Of a DNA stretch of 64,000 nt, positions 28,131 to 42,087 are shown piece after piece (the stretch's first letter is position 1; every line of letters starts with the position of its first letter). Under the pieces are notes generated by a model. That model did no database searches. It was given only the letters and a program-made list of their open reading frames with translations, and was not told the DNA's origin. The stretch comes from Octopus vulgaris (lineage: Eukaryota): contig OX597824.1 of assembly GCA_951406725.2 (NCBI GenBank), forward strand, positions 39,246,001-39,310,000, written 5' to 3'. The translations under genes and the position numbers were made by a program.

Positions 28131-28509
28131 CAAGAATTAAATGGACGCGATACAGAAATAGTATGCATCAAGCGTTAGACATTATATTATGTCTATTTAT
28201 TTATTTATTCTAAAATATTTATGAAAATATATACGTATGTAAAGACTCTATTACATACATACATACGTTCCAGTAATTCATAAAATAGAAAAAGAACAGT
28301 TTCTTACGGCATTTTCTGCCAAGCGGTCACAATACCCTACATGTTAATTTCATCTCTTCGGTGTTCAGTAGTGATCGGTAGATAAAATTAGGGCTTTGGA
28401 AGTGCCTCTGGGCTTCATCAGAGAGTTCAAAAGACGGTCTAAAAGTTCAGAGGGCTAATGCATGTATACATAAATATACATATACACAGTAACACACACA
28501 CACACACAT

Positions 28510-28576
<67 letters not shown>

Positions 28577-29902
28577 AGAATCAGTTACTAGTAGATACAA
28601 TACATTATTCCCATTAAAGAGTATAAGAAGAGTAATAAGAGCAAAATAGGAGTAAGTAATAGAGTTTGAGAGGAGTATAACTTTGTAGAAAGGAAAAGGA
28701 ATATGAAAGGATATATATATATAGACACATACATATTTCATGCGTTGCCTTCCAATATTTATGTTATAACATCTAGTGGTGGATCGATGGTTATAGAAAT
28801 TTTTAGTATGAGTTTTTAGGAAGGGTGGATTCATGCAGTGGTTCGTATTTTGCTCACATATTAATACAAATATACGATATGTCTACGGTTGAGGGCTTGA
28901 GAGCATGGTCGACTTTACGGAGGTGAAAGTTTATATTAATAGTTATAATAGTAAAGCTCCAGGTAGTGACCAAAATGCTGTATTAGTTTCCGTTATTTTT
29001 CCGATCAACAAGTTTCTTAATCCCTGTGAGTAGCGGGGAGGGGGTCATGATCAGTTCCGTAACCTAATTGGTCAACAATTTCTTCGAAAGACCATGACGC
29101 TGTTGTGGTCGGTTAATGGTTAACAGATAGCACAAAAACAAATTAGATAATATATAAATGCATAAAAACAAATAAACCATGGTCAACTATGGGCAGGTAG
29201 AAGAGGAAAATAAAATTACCATTGAAACTAGAGTAAATTAGATTAAGCTGAAATAAGATAAGTAAAATGTAGAGAAATAAATTAGTGAGTACGATAACTA
29301 GAGTGATATGTCTAAGGGGATGTGATCTTAATAGACTGATACTTAGAGTAAATTATTACAAAGGTATAAAAACGCATACAATAAATGTAAAACACATATC
29401 TATCCAATTAGAGAAATCAATTGTATATTTTTAACAATAATATAGGAGCAATGCAGGGGATTCATTTATGTTGGAAGATATAAGGAAGAATTCATAACAA
29501 GGGACAACAAATCAAATGAACCGGATAAATTATTTGTTTTTCTAAGTTGTTACTCATCGCTAAAACTATATTGATAAAATATAGTATATTGGATATAAAA
29601 CATTAAATGCATGGCACTATGTAATAGTGCTGAATTATTTAATTAATTAACCAATTAATTATCCAATTAATTAATATATTCGTTTATTTATTCAGTTTAA
29701 ATTTAGTGTTTTATTTAAGCGTGTGTCGGTGGATATTAGCTTGAAGTAGAATGTTTGAATATGTATCTGTACACATATTTATTTAACGGTAAAATTATGC
29801 ATAACTAAATGGAAGTAACTCTAGCATTTGTAGCTAATAAATTAAATAGTTAAACAATTAAATAATTAATTAATTGGTTCTGTATTGGGGTTGATCATAA
29901 AC

Positions 29903-29941
<39 letters not shown>

Positions 29942-30068
29942 AATTGGTGATCAAGTCTAATGGATATTTATATACTTATTACTCTGTATATATGTAGGGT
30001 GTAATTTAATTGTTTAGTTTTATTATAAAAGATGATCTAGTCTATGTGTATTTATTAAAGATACATAA

Positions 30069-30297
30069 AGGCGGGAGCTGGCAGAAACGTTAGCACGCCG
30101 GGCGAAATGCTTTGTGGTATTTCGTCTACCGCTACGTTCTGAGTTCAAATTCCGCCGAGGTCGACTTTGCCTTTCATCCTTTCGGTGTCGATTAAATAAG
30201 TACCAGTTACGCACTGAGGTCGATGCAATCGACTTAATCCATTTGTCTGTCCTTGTTTGTCCCCTCTATGTTTAGCCCCTTGTAGTAAAGAAATAGA
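30069..30297 (+). mobile_element. SINE family C (Meta/MESC-like core)
   Basis: GAGTTCAAATTCC B-box and GTCGACTTTGCCTTTCATCCTTTCGG.GTCGAT.AAATAAGTACCAG core; many copies in this window. Confidence 0.85.
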
Positions 30298-30596
30298 TAC
30301 ATAGAGGGGTTACTAATGCTAGTGTATCAGCCATATTTGTGTATAGTATTCTTAGAATGAGTATGGGGTAACATGCCATTTGTATACCATAATGGTGGAG
30401 TGTTTACATCCTTATCTGTTCATACTCATGCTCCAACAATTATAAATATAGATATAAATATGAATATGAATATGAATAGTGAAATTGCCACGCAATAACC
30501 AGCAGTTGGGTATTAATAATTGGTTACACTACCAGCAGTATATTGAATAGGTACTATCTCTTAGTTGGTTGGATTCACAGCCTGTAACTCTCCCTG

Positions 30597-30670
<74 letters not shown>

Positions 30671-30676
<6 letters not shown>

Positions 30677-30935
30677 ATCACGTGACCGACCAATCCATCA
30701 GATGTAGTTACACATCGCTGGTCACAATGCGTTCGCATTGTTTTAGCCTTCGAATGACGCCACTCCGCTGGCTAAGCGAGCAGGCCAACAGAAGAAAGAG
30801 TGGGAGAAAGAGTGGTGAAAGAGTACAGCAGGGATCCCCCCCCCTGCCGGAGCCTCGTGGAGCTGTTAGATGTTTTCGCTCAATCGAAACCGCGATCCTA
30901 CGACCGCGAGTCCGCTGCCCTAACCACTGGGCCAT
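30671..30935 (-). mobile_element. SINE family B-related copy
   Basis: Minus-strand head TGGCCCAGTGGTTAGGGCAGCGGACTCGCGGTCG. Confidence 0.75.
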
Positions 30936-30970
30936 ATGTATATGGGCCATATATATATATATGTATATGG

Positions 30971-31022
<52 letters not shown>

Positions 31023-31032
31023 TATATATATA

Positions 31033-31163
31033 CAGGGTGTCCCAAAAAAATGTATACACATAGTGGTTTGGCAAAAGAGAACGATAGAATAAGTACTAGG
31101 CTTACAAAGAATAACAAATTTACAATTATTTAAGGTGTGTATACATTTTTGGGGGACACCCTG
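31033..31163. mobile_element. 131-bp Tc1/mariner-type MITE
   Basis: TA|CAGGGTGTCCCAAAAAAATGTATACACA ... TGTGTATACATTTTTGGGGGACACCCTG|TA. Confidence 0.85.
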
Positions 31164-32908
31164 TATATATATATATCTGTAAATGTAATATGTGACAATA
31201 TTCGGTGGCCATGATAAAACTCCTGGCTACCGAATAATATATATATATATATATATTACAAGAAAAACAAAAAATACGCACGGACACTAAACTTGCGGAA
31301 TTTTCATACTTACGTCCAACAATGCACACATAAACACACACACACTCACACAAAGTGCGCCCGCGAGCACGCACACACACACAGTCGCGCACACGCCAAT
31401 ACGAATAAGTACGAGTGCTACGTATACACACTGCACACCTGCACATATACATGTACAGAAAAGTATACATCACATCAAACCCGATGACTAACACATACAC
31501 AAATACACGCGCCTTTCATACGCCTACATTAAAGTTGTCACACCCCCTTGCATGTTCACACGTATACCTTACGCTTCAGTCATACATCTACGCACACGCG
31601 CCCGATATTAAAGTGCATTTAGCATACAGATACGATAAACATACATTCACACAGCACACACACATATTCCACATAAATCCCTCCTTCTCACTCTCTCTCT
31701 CTCACACACACACAAACACATACACACACACACACAAACGCTCACACACGTATATACAATTATATGCAAATACATTCCCAAGATGCTATACATACACAAC
31801 GCTTACACTGCTGGATACACAAATATCCAAATCGTACACACAGATATATTTACATGAAAATACACACATCTACATATATACTGGCACACACACATACACA
31901 CATATTCTCACAATAGAAACACATATGTAATTTAAATACGTCCGCCACCCACACACACAAAGAAATTTACAAGCAAACACTGCTCTACATATGCCCGAAT
32001 CATACACACAGATACACACGCACAACACACACTCACACACACAAACACACACACACACACACTTCCATACACTTATATCTACAGGTACGCACAAGAGATG
32101 CGTATGCATAATTCAAAACTGTTCAACACCCGCACAGGTAAAAAAACACGCTCATAATATACACACATAAACACACCACTTTTAAGAAACATTTAAAAAT
32201 TATATCAGAATCGTGCACTACATAAAAACAAGTATATATACTTTCATCTTTGCCATACCGATATCATTCTCATCCATATGAACACATACATTTTGTACAC
32301 ACATGCACAAGCGTATAAACTTAGCACATACACCTACACAATACAGACTTAAACCCCATATACTTATATACGCAGTACATACTTATATCCAACGCACCAC
32401 TGTACACAAACTGTTTTCAAATAAAACACACAAACACACACTTTCATGCACACAAACTAATTGCCACTACCTAAAAAAAAAAATCATACACATGCGTATA
32501 ATCATAACACACCACATTTATACACATCTACTTTATACTTACATATATGTCACGCAAAAATCACCCACTCTGATATACAAATACAGATAAGACAAGCATA
32601 TACTTAACTCACGTACACACACATACACATACATACACACAAACACACATATACTCACAAACACACACTACGCTCACATACATATAACCACTAAATGCAC
32701 CTTCATATACTGCAATTTACTTACACCTTACCAACGACACATTACTTAATAACTTTGTAAATCTGACCTAAATCGTTAAAAAAGAAAACAAAATATTTAG
32801 TCTTCGAATTCTCTTCACATAAACCAGGATTAGACTTTCGTTTAATTTCCGTTTCTGCCCGCAGTAAAATGACATTTTTCTCAAATTTATGCGTAATTCG
32901 ATGCGTAT

Positions 32909-34794
32909 GAGACATATAACAAGAGTCAAGCGAGCAGTGGGATCAGGCATGAGACATATAACAAGAGACAAGCGAGCAGTGGGATCAAGCATGAGATATA
33001 TAACAAGAGACAAGCTAGCGGCGGGATCAAGCATGAGATATATAACGAGAGACAAGCGAGCAGTGGGGTCAAGCATGAGATATATAACAACAGACAAGTG
33101 AGCAGTGGGATCAAGCATTTGATATGTAACAAGAGACATTCGAGCAGTGGGATCAAGCATGAGATATATAACAAGAGACAAGCGAGCAGTGGGATCAAGC
33201 ATTAGATATGTAACAAGAGACAAGCGAGCAGTGGGATCAAGCATGAGATATGTAACAAGAGAGAAGCGAGAAGTGGTATCAAGCATGAGATGTATAACAA
33301 CAGACAAGCGAGCAGTGGGGTCAAGCAAGAGATATATAACAACAGACAAGTGAGCAGTGGGGTCAAGCATTTGATGTGTAACAAGAGACATGCGAGCAGT
33401 GGGATCAAGCATGATATATATAACAAGAGACAAGCGAGCAGTGGGATCAAGCATTAGATATGTAACAAGAGACAAGCGAGCAGTGGGATCAAGCATGAGA
33501 TATATAACAAGAGACAAGCTAGCAGTGGAATCAAGCATTTGATATGTAACAAGAGACAAGCGAGCAGTGGGATCAAGCAAGAGATATATAACAAGAGACA
33601 AGCGAGCAGTGGGGTCAAGCAGTTGATATGTAACAAGAGACAAGCGAGCAGTGGGATCAAGCATGAGATACATAACAAGAGACAAGCGAGCAGTGGAACC
33701 AAGCATGAGATATATAACAACAGACAAGCGAGCAGTGGGATCAAGCATGAGATATATAACAACAGACAAGCGAGCAGTGGAATCAAGCATTTGATATGTA
33801 ACAAGAGACAAGCGAGCAGTGGGATCAAGCAAGAGATATATAACAAGAGACAAGCTAGCAGTGGGATCAAGCAGTTGATATGTAACAAGAGACAAGCGAG
33901 CAGTGGGATCAAGCATGAGATATATAACAACAGACAAGCGAACGGTGGGATCAAGCATGAGATATTTAACAACAGACAAGCGAGCAGTGGGATCAAGCAG
34001 TTGATATATAACAAGAGACAAGCGAGCAGTGGGATCAAGCATGAGATATATAACAAGAGACAAGCGAGCAGTGGGATCAAGCATGAGATATATAAAAACA
34101 GACAAGCGAACGGTGGGATCAAGCATGAGATATATAACAAGAGACAAGCGAGCAGTGGGATCAAGCAGTTGATATATAACAAGAGACAAGCGAGCAGTGG
34201 GATCAAGCATGAGATATATAACAAGAGACAAGCGAGCAGTGGGATCAAGCAGTTGATATGTAACAAGAGACAAGCGAGCAGTGGGATCAAGCATGAGATA
34301 TATAACAAGAGACAAGCGAGCAGTGGGGTCAAGCATTTGATATGTAACAAGAGAGAAGCGAGCAGTGGGATCAATCATGAGATATATAACAACAGACAAG
34401 CGAGCAGTGGAATCAAGCATTTGATATGTAACAACAGACAAGCGAGCAGTGGGATCAAGCATGAGATATATAACAACAGACAAGCGAGCAGTGGGATCAA
34501 GCAGTTGATATGTAACAAGAGAGAAGCGAACAGTGGGATCAAGCATGAGATATATAACAAGAGACAAGCGAGCAGTGGAATCAAGCAGTTGATATGTAAC
34601 AAGAGACAAGCGAGCAGTGGGATCAAGCATGAGATATATAACAAGAGACAAGCGAGCAGTGGGATCAAGCAGTTGATATGTAACAAGAGACAAGCGAGCA
34701 GTGGGATCAAGCATGAGATATATAACAACAGACAAGCGAACGGTGGGATCAAGCATGAGATATATAATTACAGACAAGCGAGCAGTGGGATCAA
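32909..34794. repeat. 42-bp minisatellite, ~45 copies
   Basis: Consensus GAGATATATAACAAGAGACAAGCGAGCAGTGGGATCAAGCAT; no spacers; constant unit length. Confidence 0.97.
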
Positions 34795-34941
34795 AAAGCT
34801 CGCTTTGCATTCATGTGACTTCGGATTCTGTCTTACTGTGCAGCGTTTTGGGATTGTGACTTCTACTATTCCCCGAGTCCACTAATGCCTCGTGAGTAAA
34901 TTTGGTTGACGGAAACTATGGAAGACCATAGTGCATATATG

Positions 34942-35018
<77 letters not shown>

Positions 35019-35124
35019 ACAGGAGAAGAAGACTATATGCAACACTGACAATATTTTGAATCATAGTAAATATCAGATGAATATTACATGGTTATTTCAC
35101 CTACAGGTATATATCCCAGTAGCA

Positions 35125-35490
35125 ATCTTTTCTATTATAAGGACAAGGCCTGAAATTTGGGGGAAGGGACAGTTGATTAGATCGAACCCAGTAAAAAAAC
35201 TGATACTTAATTTATCGACCCCGGAAGGATGAAAGGCAAAGTCGACCTCAGCGCAATTTGAACTAAGTTTGTTGCGACGGGCGAAATACCTATTTCTTTA
35301 CTACCTACAAGGGGTTAAACACAGAGAGGACAAGCAAGGACAGACAAACGGATTAAGTCGATTATATCGACCCAGTACGCAACTAGTACTTAATTTATCG
35401 ACCCCGAAAGAATGAAAGGCAAAGTCGACCTCGGCGGAATTTGAACTCAGAACGTAACGGCAGACGAAATACCGTTAAGCATTTTGCCCT
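35125..35490 (-). mobile_element. Two adjacent SINE family C copies
   Basis: TTTATCGACCCCG..AG.ATGAAAGGCAAAGTCGACCTC occurs twice. Confidence 0.8.
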
Positions 35491-35606
35491 TAACTTCTAA
35501 ATATACTACTGCGCCAATGTTTTAGAATATGCTTCATTTTTTGGTTATATGAATTACTGACCGATAAACCTATAATACATAAACATGTGCTTGCGCACGT
35601 GTACAA

Positions 35607-35640
<34 letters not shown>

Positions 35641-36686
35641 GTCTTATGCATGTATATGTAATATATTACACTCTACCTGTATATATTCATGCAAACATAT
35701 ATATATATATGCGTCTGTGTATGCATATATCTAAACATATGCATCCATGAACTCTCTTTATGTCCAAGGAGCTAATGACTCGAGGAGGAGCTTAGAGTAA
35801 GCCAATTCAGCCTCTGTTCAATCAGTGTACATATCCCAGCTAATAGAAATAGAAATAATCCTATTTATCTCTTGTACGCTCTTTCTCCCTTCTATAAAAT
35901 CGAAATAATACATACATGTACATATATGTATGAGTGTACGGGTGTCTGTATACACGTACGTCTATGTATATGTATTGTGTGGGTGCGCGCGTGTGAGTGT
36001 ATTTGTGTGTGTCACATTGCTTGCTCTATTTTCGGTTTGTGCCTGTGTAATTGGAAATATTGCAACTACTATCGGTATTTTGTTGTCGTAGATGTTACGT
36101 TACCTCCGAGTCATTATCTATTTTTGACACCCAGTTTTAATTCCCCGTCATGAAGGTAGAACAAAAGCCTTTATGTTGTATCGTAAAACCTATATCATAT
36201 TCTGCAGTGGGGTTTGTGTCAGCAAAGACACGCGTACTTCAAATGTAATGCACTGAAAATGAAGATAGGAAATCATAAAATAAACAACATGTTTATTGGT
36301 ATCAAAGAGAGGATACGAAATAAAATATTGCTACGTTCCATTATCGTAACCAGCTTGTTACAACTATGTATATTAATGCAATATTTGGTAGATTCTGCAA
36401 TAATGTGGATTTGCCATTTGCGAGTAGACATTGATTTTTATTCCCTCTCAAAATGTATGGTTTTTCTTTACTATCAAATGTGTTTGTGTATGTATTCAAA
36501 CACACACACACATATATATGTTTGTGTGTTTGTATGTATGTGTGTGTGTGTGCATTATTATATATATAACATATCATTCATATTACGTGTATGTATCTAT
36601 GTATATATGTATCGCAATTACGGGAGTAATGCCTCAAGGCACTTTCCCCGCGCTGAAACGTGTCTGCCAATAAACTGCCATAATTA

Positions 36687-36761
<75 letters not shown>

Positions 36762-36762
<1 letters not shown>

Positions 36763-37828
36763 CATATAGGAAAGCAAAAAATTTGCTATTGATCTCGTGC
36801 AGGATACCCAAACTGAACAACCCAAGGGAATTATGGCAACTATTGTTGCAAAGAAGGTGAAAATAATGGCAACGAAAAAAGCGCACGAGCAATTGGCTGA
36901 TAGGTGGGAGGAGAAACCTCTACACGGCAAATATGTGGCCCGCAGCAAACAAGCTGATTCTAACCAGAAGCAAACCCATCAGTGGCTACGGAGCTCAGGG
37001 CTAAAAGCAGATGGCGAAGGTTTCATCCTGGCTGCTCAAGATCAAAGCCTATTAACCCGGAACTACCAGGCCAATGTGATGAAAAATGGAGCAGACCCAA
37101 AATGCCGATTCTGCAACGACACGATTGAAACAGTGGACCACCTAATCTCTGGATGTAAAGGCTTAGCACCAGTGGAGTATAAATTAAGACATGACAGAGT
37201 TGGCCAATATCTACACTGGCTAATAAGTCGGCATTACAATATCAAAACTGCCGACAAGTGGTATAATCACCACCCTGAGGCTGTAACTGAAGGAGAAAAT
37301 GTAACCATTCTGTGGGACTTTCCAGTACATACAGACCGAACCATCAAGGCCAATAAACCAGATATTGTTGTGAAAGACCAAAACAATGCAGTTTGCTTAT
37401 TGATCGACATGAGCATCCCCTGTGATCATAATATCTCAGCGAAAGGGTTTGACAAGCTCAGAAAATATAAAGACCTACTCATTGAAATTGAGAAAATATG
37501 GCATCTCAAGGCGGTTACAATACCAGTGATCATAGGAGCACAAGGAATGATTAAGAAGGGAACCGAAAATTATATGAGAATGATCCCTGGCTTACCATCC
37601 CTGTAAGAAGTGCAAAAGATTGTCTTAACTGGTACATCACACGTATTGAAAAGAGCATTGTCGATGTGAGAATTATTACTACCCATGTATTTTAATATAA
37701 CTTTAAAAAAATTTTAAAAATGAATGAACTATTGAGTTTGGTTTGATGGCCTACCGGTGTGTACTATGAGTTTCTTCGGGAAGACACTCGGCAAGAAATG
37801 GAAGCAAATTTGAAAGAGAAAAAAAAAG
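36762..37828 (+). mobile_element. 5'-truncated R4/Dong-like retrotransposon (CCHC finger plus restriction-like endonuclease) inside (TAA)n
   Basis: ORF 36797-37606 contains KPLHGKY, AAQDQSLLTRNY, CRFC..ETVDHLISGC, RHDRV, KPDIVV..LLID and KLRKY. One premature stop, then QKIVLTGTSHVLKRALSM*. (TAA)n on both sides. Confidence 0.92.
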
Positions 37829-37919
37829 TAATAATAATAATAATAATGATAATAATAATAATTATAATAACAACAACAATAATAATAATAACACCAACAA
37901 CAACAGTACTAATAGCAAC

Positions 37920-38553
37920 AATGGTTTCAAATTTTGGCACGAGGCTAGCATTATCGTTGTTGCCTAAGTCAATTACATGATCCTCGATGCTCAGCTGGTA
38001 CTTATTTTATCACCCTCGAAAGGAGAAATCCAGGAAGTAAAAACGGAAAAAATTTTGATAAGAATTTTGTCTGACATGCTATCGATTCCCCCAACCTGCT
38101 GCCTTAATAATAATAATAATAATAATAATAATAGCTTCAAATTTTGCCGCAAGGGCAGCAATTTTAGGAAAGGAGTAAGTCGATTACATCGATCCCTGTG
38201 TTCAGCTGGTACTTAGGTTATCGATCCCAAAAGGATGACATGCAAAATCGAATTTGAACTAAGAACGTAGCGAGGGGCGAAATACCGCGAAACATTTTGT
38301 TCAGTGTACCAATGAGTCTTCCGGTCCATCGCCTTAATAAATGGTTCACATTTTCCCAAAAGAACAGCCATTTTGAGAGAGGGGGTGAGTCGATTACATC
38401 GACCCCAGTGTTTCACTGGTACTAAATTTATCGACCTCGGAAGGATGAAAGGTAAAGTCGACCTCGGCAGAATTTGAACTCTTAACGTAGCGAAGGGCAA
38501 AATACTATTAAGCATTTCGTCCGGCGCGTTAAGGATTCTGCCAGCTCACCGTC

Positions 38554-38555
<2 letters not shown>
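37920..38555 (-). mobile_element. Three tandem diverged SINE family C copies
   Basis: Repeated GTCGATTACATCGA...CTGGTACT...ATCGA blocks separated by TAA runs. Confidence 0.75.
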
Positions 38556-38632
<77 letters not shown>

Positions 38633-38935
38633 TAATGCAAAAACACTGTCTTCTCTAATTGGACATAAAAATGAACATCTCTAGAAAATTATAAGACTTT
38701 AATATCTACAATTTTGTGTGAAAATTTCATCTTTCCTTTTTCCCTGACTACCCGAATATACATAGTTTTTATTGCAACAACACAATTAAATGCACGATAA
38801 GAAAAATATTTAAAAATTAAGGAGGTAAACATCTGCCAATATATACAAACTGCATAGTTACAAAAACTCTAAACCACAACAAAACTTATAAAAAGAATAG
38901 AAAGAAAAACAAACAGAAAAAAATTCAGAAATTCA

Positions 38936-38967
<32 letters not shown>

Positions 38968-38977
38968 TATATATATA

Positions 38978-39044
<67 letters not shown>

Positions 39045-39598
39045 GAGTGAGAGAGCAGTTCATGCCATCAAAGTGACACTGGGGTAAAATATACGAAGCC
39101 CAATATACCCATCATGACTACCCGTCTGATAAGGGTACACCAGGCACATGCATCACAACCATATGTGCGCGACATGGTGATCTCATATCAAGGTAAACAG
39201 CGCATGACCTTGCAGGTGGGGCCCAGTTAGAATTTTCTTCAGGTCGAGTAGCCCATCCCGCTCAAAAGGTCCCTGAATAAGGGTTGTTTAAGGATGTTGA
39301 AAGAACCACCCATGTTTCCAGAGGTGAATTATTCAAACCCCAAAGAATCCCTCTCAACACATGGCTATGATGCTCCCCCACTACTTCTGCTCGTGATCAG
39401 AGATGCACATATCGTCAGCCACTAAGGGACATGCTCAACTGGTTATGGTCAAACAACTGACAAGCAAATCTGTGGTATTGAGCAGAATATTTGCTGTAGC
39501 CCATCTTTTATACCAAGACAAAACAATGTACATGATAACACTTCCAATCAGTTAAGATCAGAAGCCATGAGAGCCACTGCTTGGTACTGCATCAAGGC

Positions 39599-39600
<2 letters not shown>
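39045..39600 (-). mobile_element. Longest copy of the ~555-bp (TAA)n-embedded non-coding repeat
   Basis: Reverse complement of 1-362 and 490-911; long (TTA)n tracts on both sides. Confidence 0.85.
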
Positions 39601-39638
<38 letters not shown>

Positions 39639-39646
39639 ATTATTAA

Positions 39647-39803
<157 letters not shown>

Positions 39804-40128
39804 TTCTAATAGCAATTAAAAATAAATCAAGGTGAATTTACTTCTTTTTAAGGCCAAGGTCAGCGCTCTCATTCATTGTTTGTAATAGTAAACACATTTG
39901 ATCTCTGCAGACCCAAAGGGTGTGAGGCCTCTTATGTCTCCATATCGTACAGGAATGTCCATTGTCGATCTCCTCGCCACCTGCTAAATCTATTTAGAGA
40001 CCTGTAGAAATTCGTCTACTCACCAAGCTGCTACTCTTCAGCCCTCACATATTTATGATTATTTCAAGTACAAGACAAAAGATGAAACTAAACGACATTT
40101 AATATTACCTTTTAATAATAAATGGAAA

Positions 40129-40166
<38 letters not shown>

Positions 40167-40182
40167 ATAATAATAATAATAA

Positions 40183-40335
40183 GTGTTAACTGCAATCGTA
40201 AACAGACTGTATATGAAAAGAAAGAATAGTGGCAGAGGACTGATTAGTATAGACCATTGTATAAGGAGTGAAAAGAGAACGTTTGCCGAGTATTTGATAA
40301 ATAGTGACGAAAATTTGCTGCAATATACCGGGACC
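40183..40335 (+). pseudogene. R4/Dong-like post-RT fragment
   Basis: VNRLYMKRKNSGRGLISIDHC matches the RLY.PR..GGRGL motif; follows (TAG)n(TAA)n. Confidence 0.7.
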
Positions 40336-40479
40336 TATATTATTATTACGGAGATGTACTTGCATAGCAAGTGACCTGGTCTGAGATCGTGTGCTCAAAC
40401 AAAAACAATTGCATTGAATTTTGTCAGTGATTAACAAAGATTGACAATGAAGAAGAAGAAAAAATTAAACAATGTAAAA

Positions 40480-40945
40480 TCCTCAATAGGGAGGAGACAT
40501 TGGACGGCTGACATGGAAAATCTCCATAAAAGTCATGGGTAACCTGATTTGAGGGAAGGTGCCTCTTTTCCTTTCTTCTTCTCCTACTACAGGTGTATAC
40601 TCAGGGTAGATCCATTCACTAGCACCATTCTCGCCACTTTCATCCACCTTTCAGCAAACTGGCTAGAAGACAACACTTCTCCATCTACCCTTATTTTCCT
40701 TTGCAAATGAACCTCGAAAAAGTTGATCAAGGCTTGATCAAAGAGAAAAGTGTTTGGCTTCAGCCGCTTCAGTCTCGACCACCATACAATCTCTTTCACC
40801 ATGGTCACCAGGCGGGCGTTTTCCACAATAGATGCATTTGATATCCGGATTCATCATACACGCAACAGAAAGTGTTTGACATAAACTCGCACGCCATCAT
40901 TACTCGGACACTGGACGAGTGCATGCAGGACCGTGACGTCGTCTT
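40480..40945 (-). pseudogene. 3' end of an L1/Tx1-like ORF2
   Basis: TVLHALVQCP (zf-RVT half), then KEIVWWSR and FAERWMKVA. Confidence 0.65.
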
Positions 40946-42087
40946 CATAATAACAATCAAAACATCAATAATAATAATATATCTCTAATAACAACAATCC
41001 TTTTTACAATAGGCAAAAGGCCTGAAATTTGGTTGAAGTGGGTTTGTCGATTACAATGACCCCAGTGCTTAACTGGTACATAATTTGTCGACCACGAAAG
41101 GATGAAAAGCAAAGTCGACATCGTGGAATTTGAACTACGAACGAAAAGGCGAACGAAATGCAGCTAAACATTTTGTCCGACTTACTAATATTTATGTCAT
41201 CTCGCCGCTTTAATAACAATTATAGTGGTAAGTTATTTTGCTCTTTCAAACATTGCTATACATCCTATATTAACGATACCCATCTCTGTTTTTCTTTTCC
41301 TTATATTCATGTCTCTGTCCTCTAAATTTTCTAAAACAATTTGTCCGTCTTCTCCTAGCTAAACAGACCATGCTGGCTTAAAATTTTTCCCTCTCTCACT
41401 TCTCTCCTGCCTCCCCCTCTCTCCACAATCTCTTTCTAAATACACAAGCCTGCTACTGCTAATATTGCCATTTGCCACAACACGGCTATCTCCGTCTCCT
41501 TCTCTGATTCATTTAAATTTCATTTGTTCGCTGACCAGAGAATAATTTCATTGTAAGCAGTTTTGCTCTTTCAAACTCTGCTATACATCATTGTATTAAC
41601 TATCGCCATCTTTGGTTTTCTTTTTGTCATATTTATATAATGTCTCAGCTCTGTAAATTTTCTGGAACACTTTTCCCGTCCACTCTCCGCTTTTACCCTG
41701 TACCCCACCAACCCACACTTTCTATTCGTCAGGAACAGCCCTGGTAGACCAATCAAACATGTAACCTCATTAAAATAATGTAGTTGAGGCGTTTTGAAAA
41801 TGGGGGTACTGGGAGAAAACCTCACCGTTTTCACAAATATGAGTTTTCGGCCACGATATGTTTCTTCCAAACCCAATACCAATCCTATTACCAATCCCTT
41901 CCACCTCACAAGATTTTTTACCCACATAGAATAGCAGTAGCAAAACTAGCAGGTTAAAAACTACCAGTGCGTTTTCTTTGACTCTAAAAAGTAGCGGACA
42001 CGAAAAAGGAGAATCACTGTATGGGAAAAAAGATCAACAGCAGCAACAAAGATAATAGAAAGACTAACAATGACTACGAAGACATTG

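Noticed and set aside
32909-34794. CRISPR array
   Set aside because: Contiguous tandem units with no unique spacers, no cas genes, and a eukaryotic context.
39540-39600. HDV-like ribozyme at the 5' end of the TAA-embedded repeat
   Set aside because: Could not build the nested double pseudoknot by eye.
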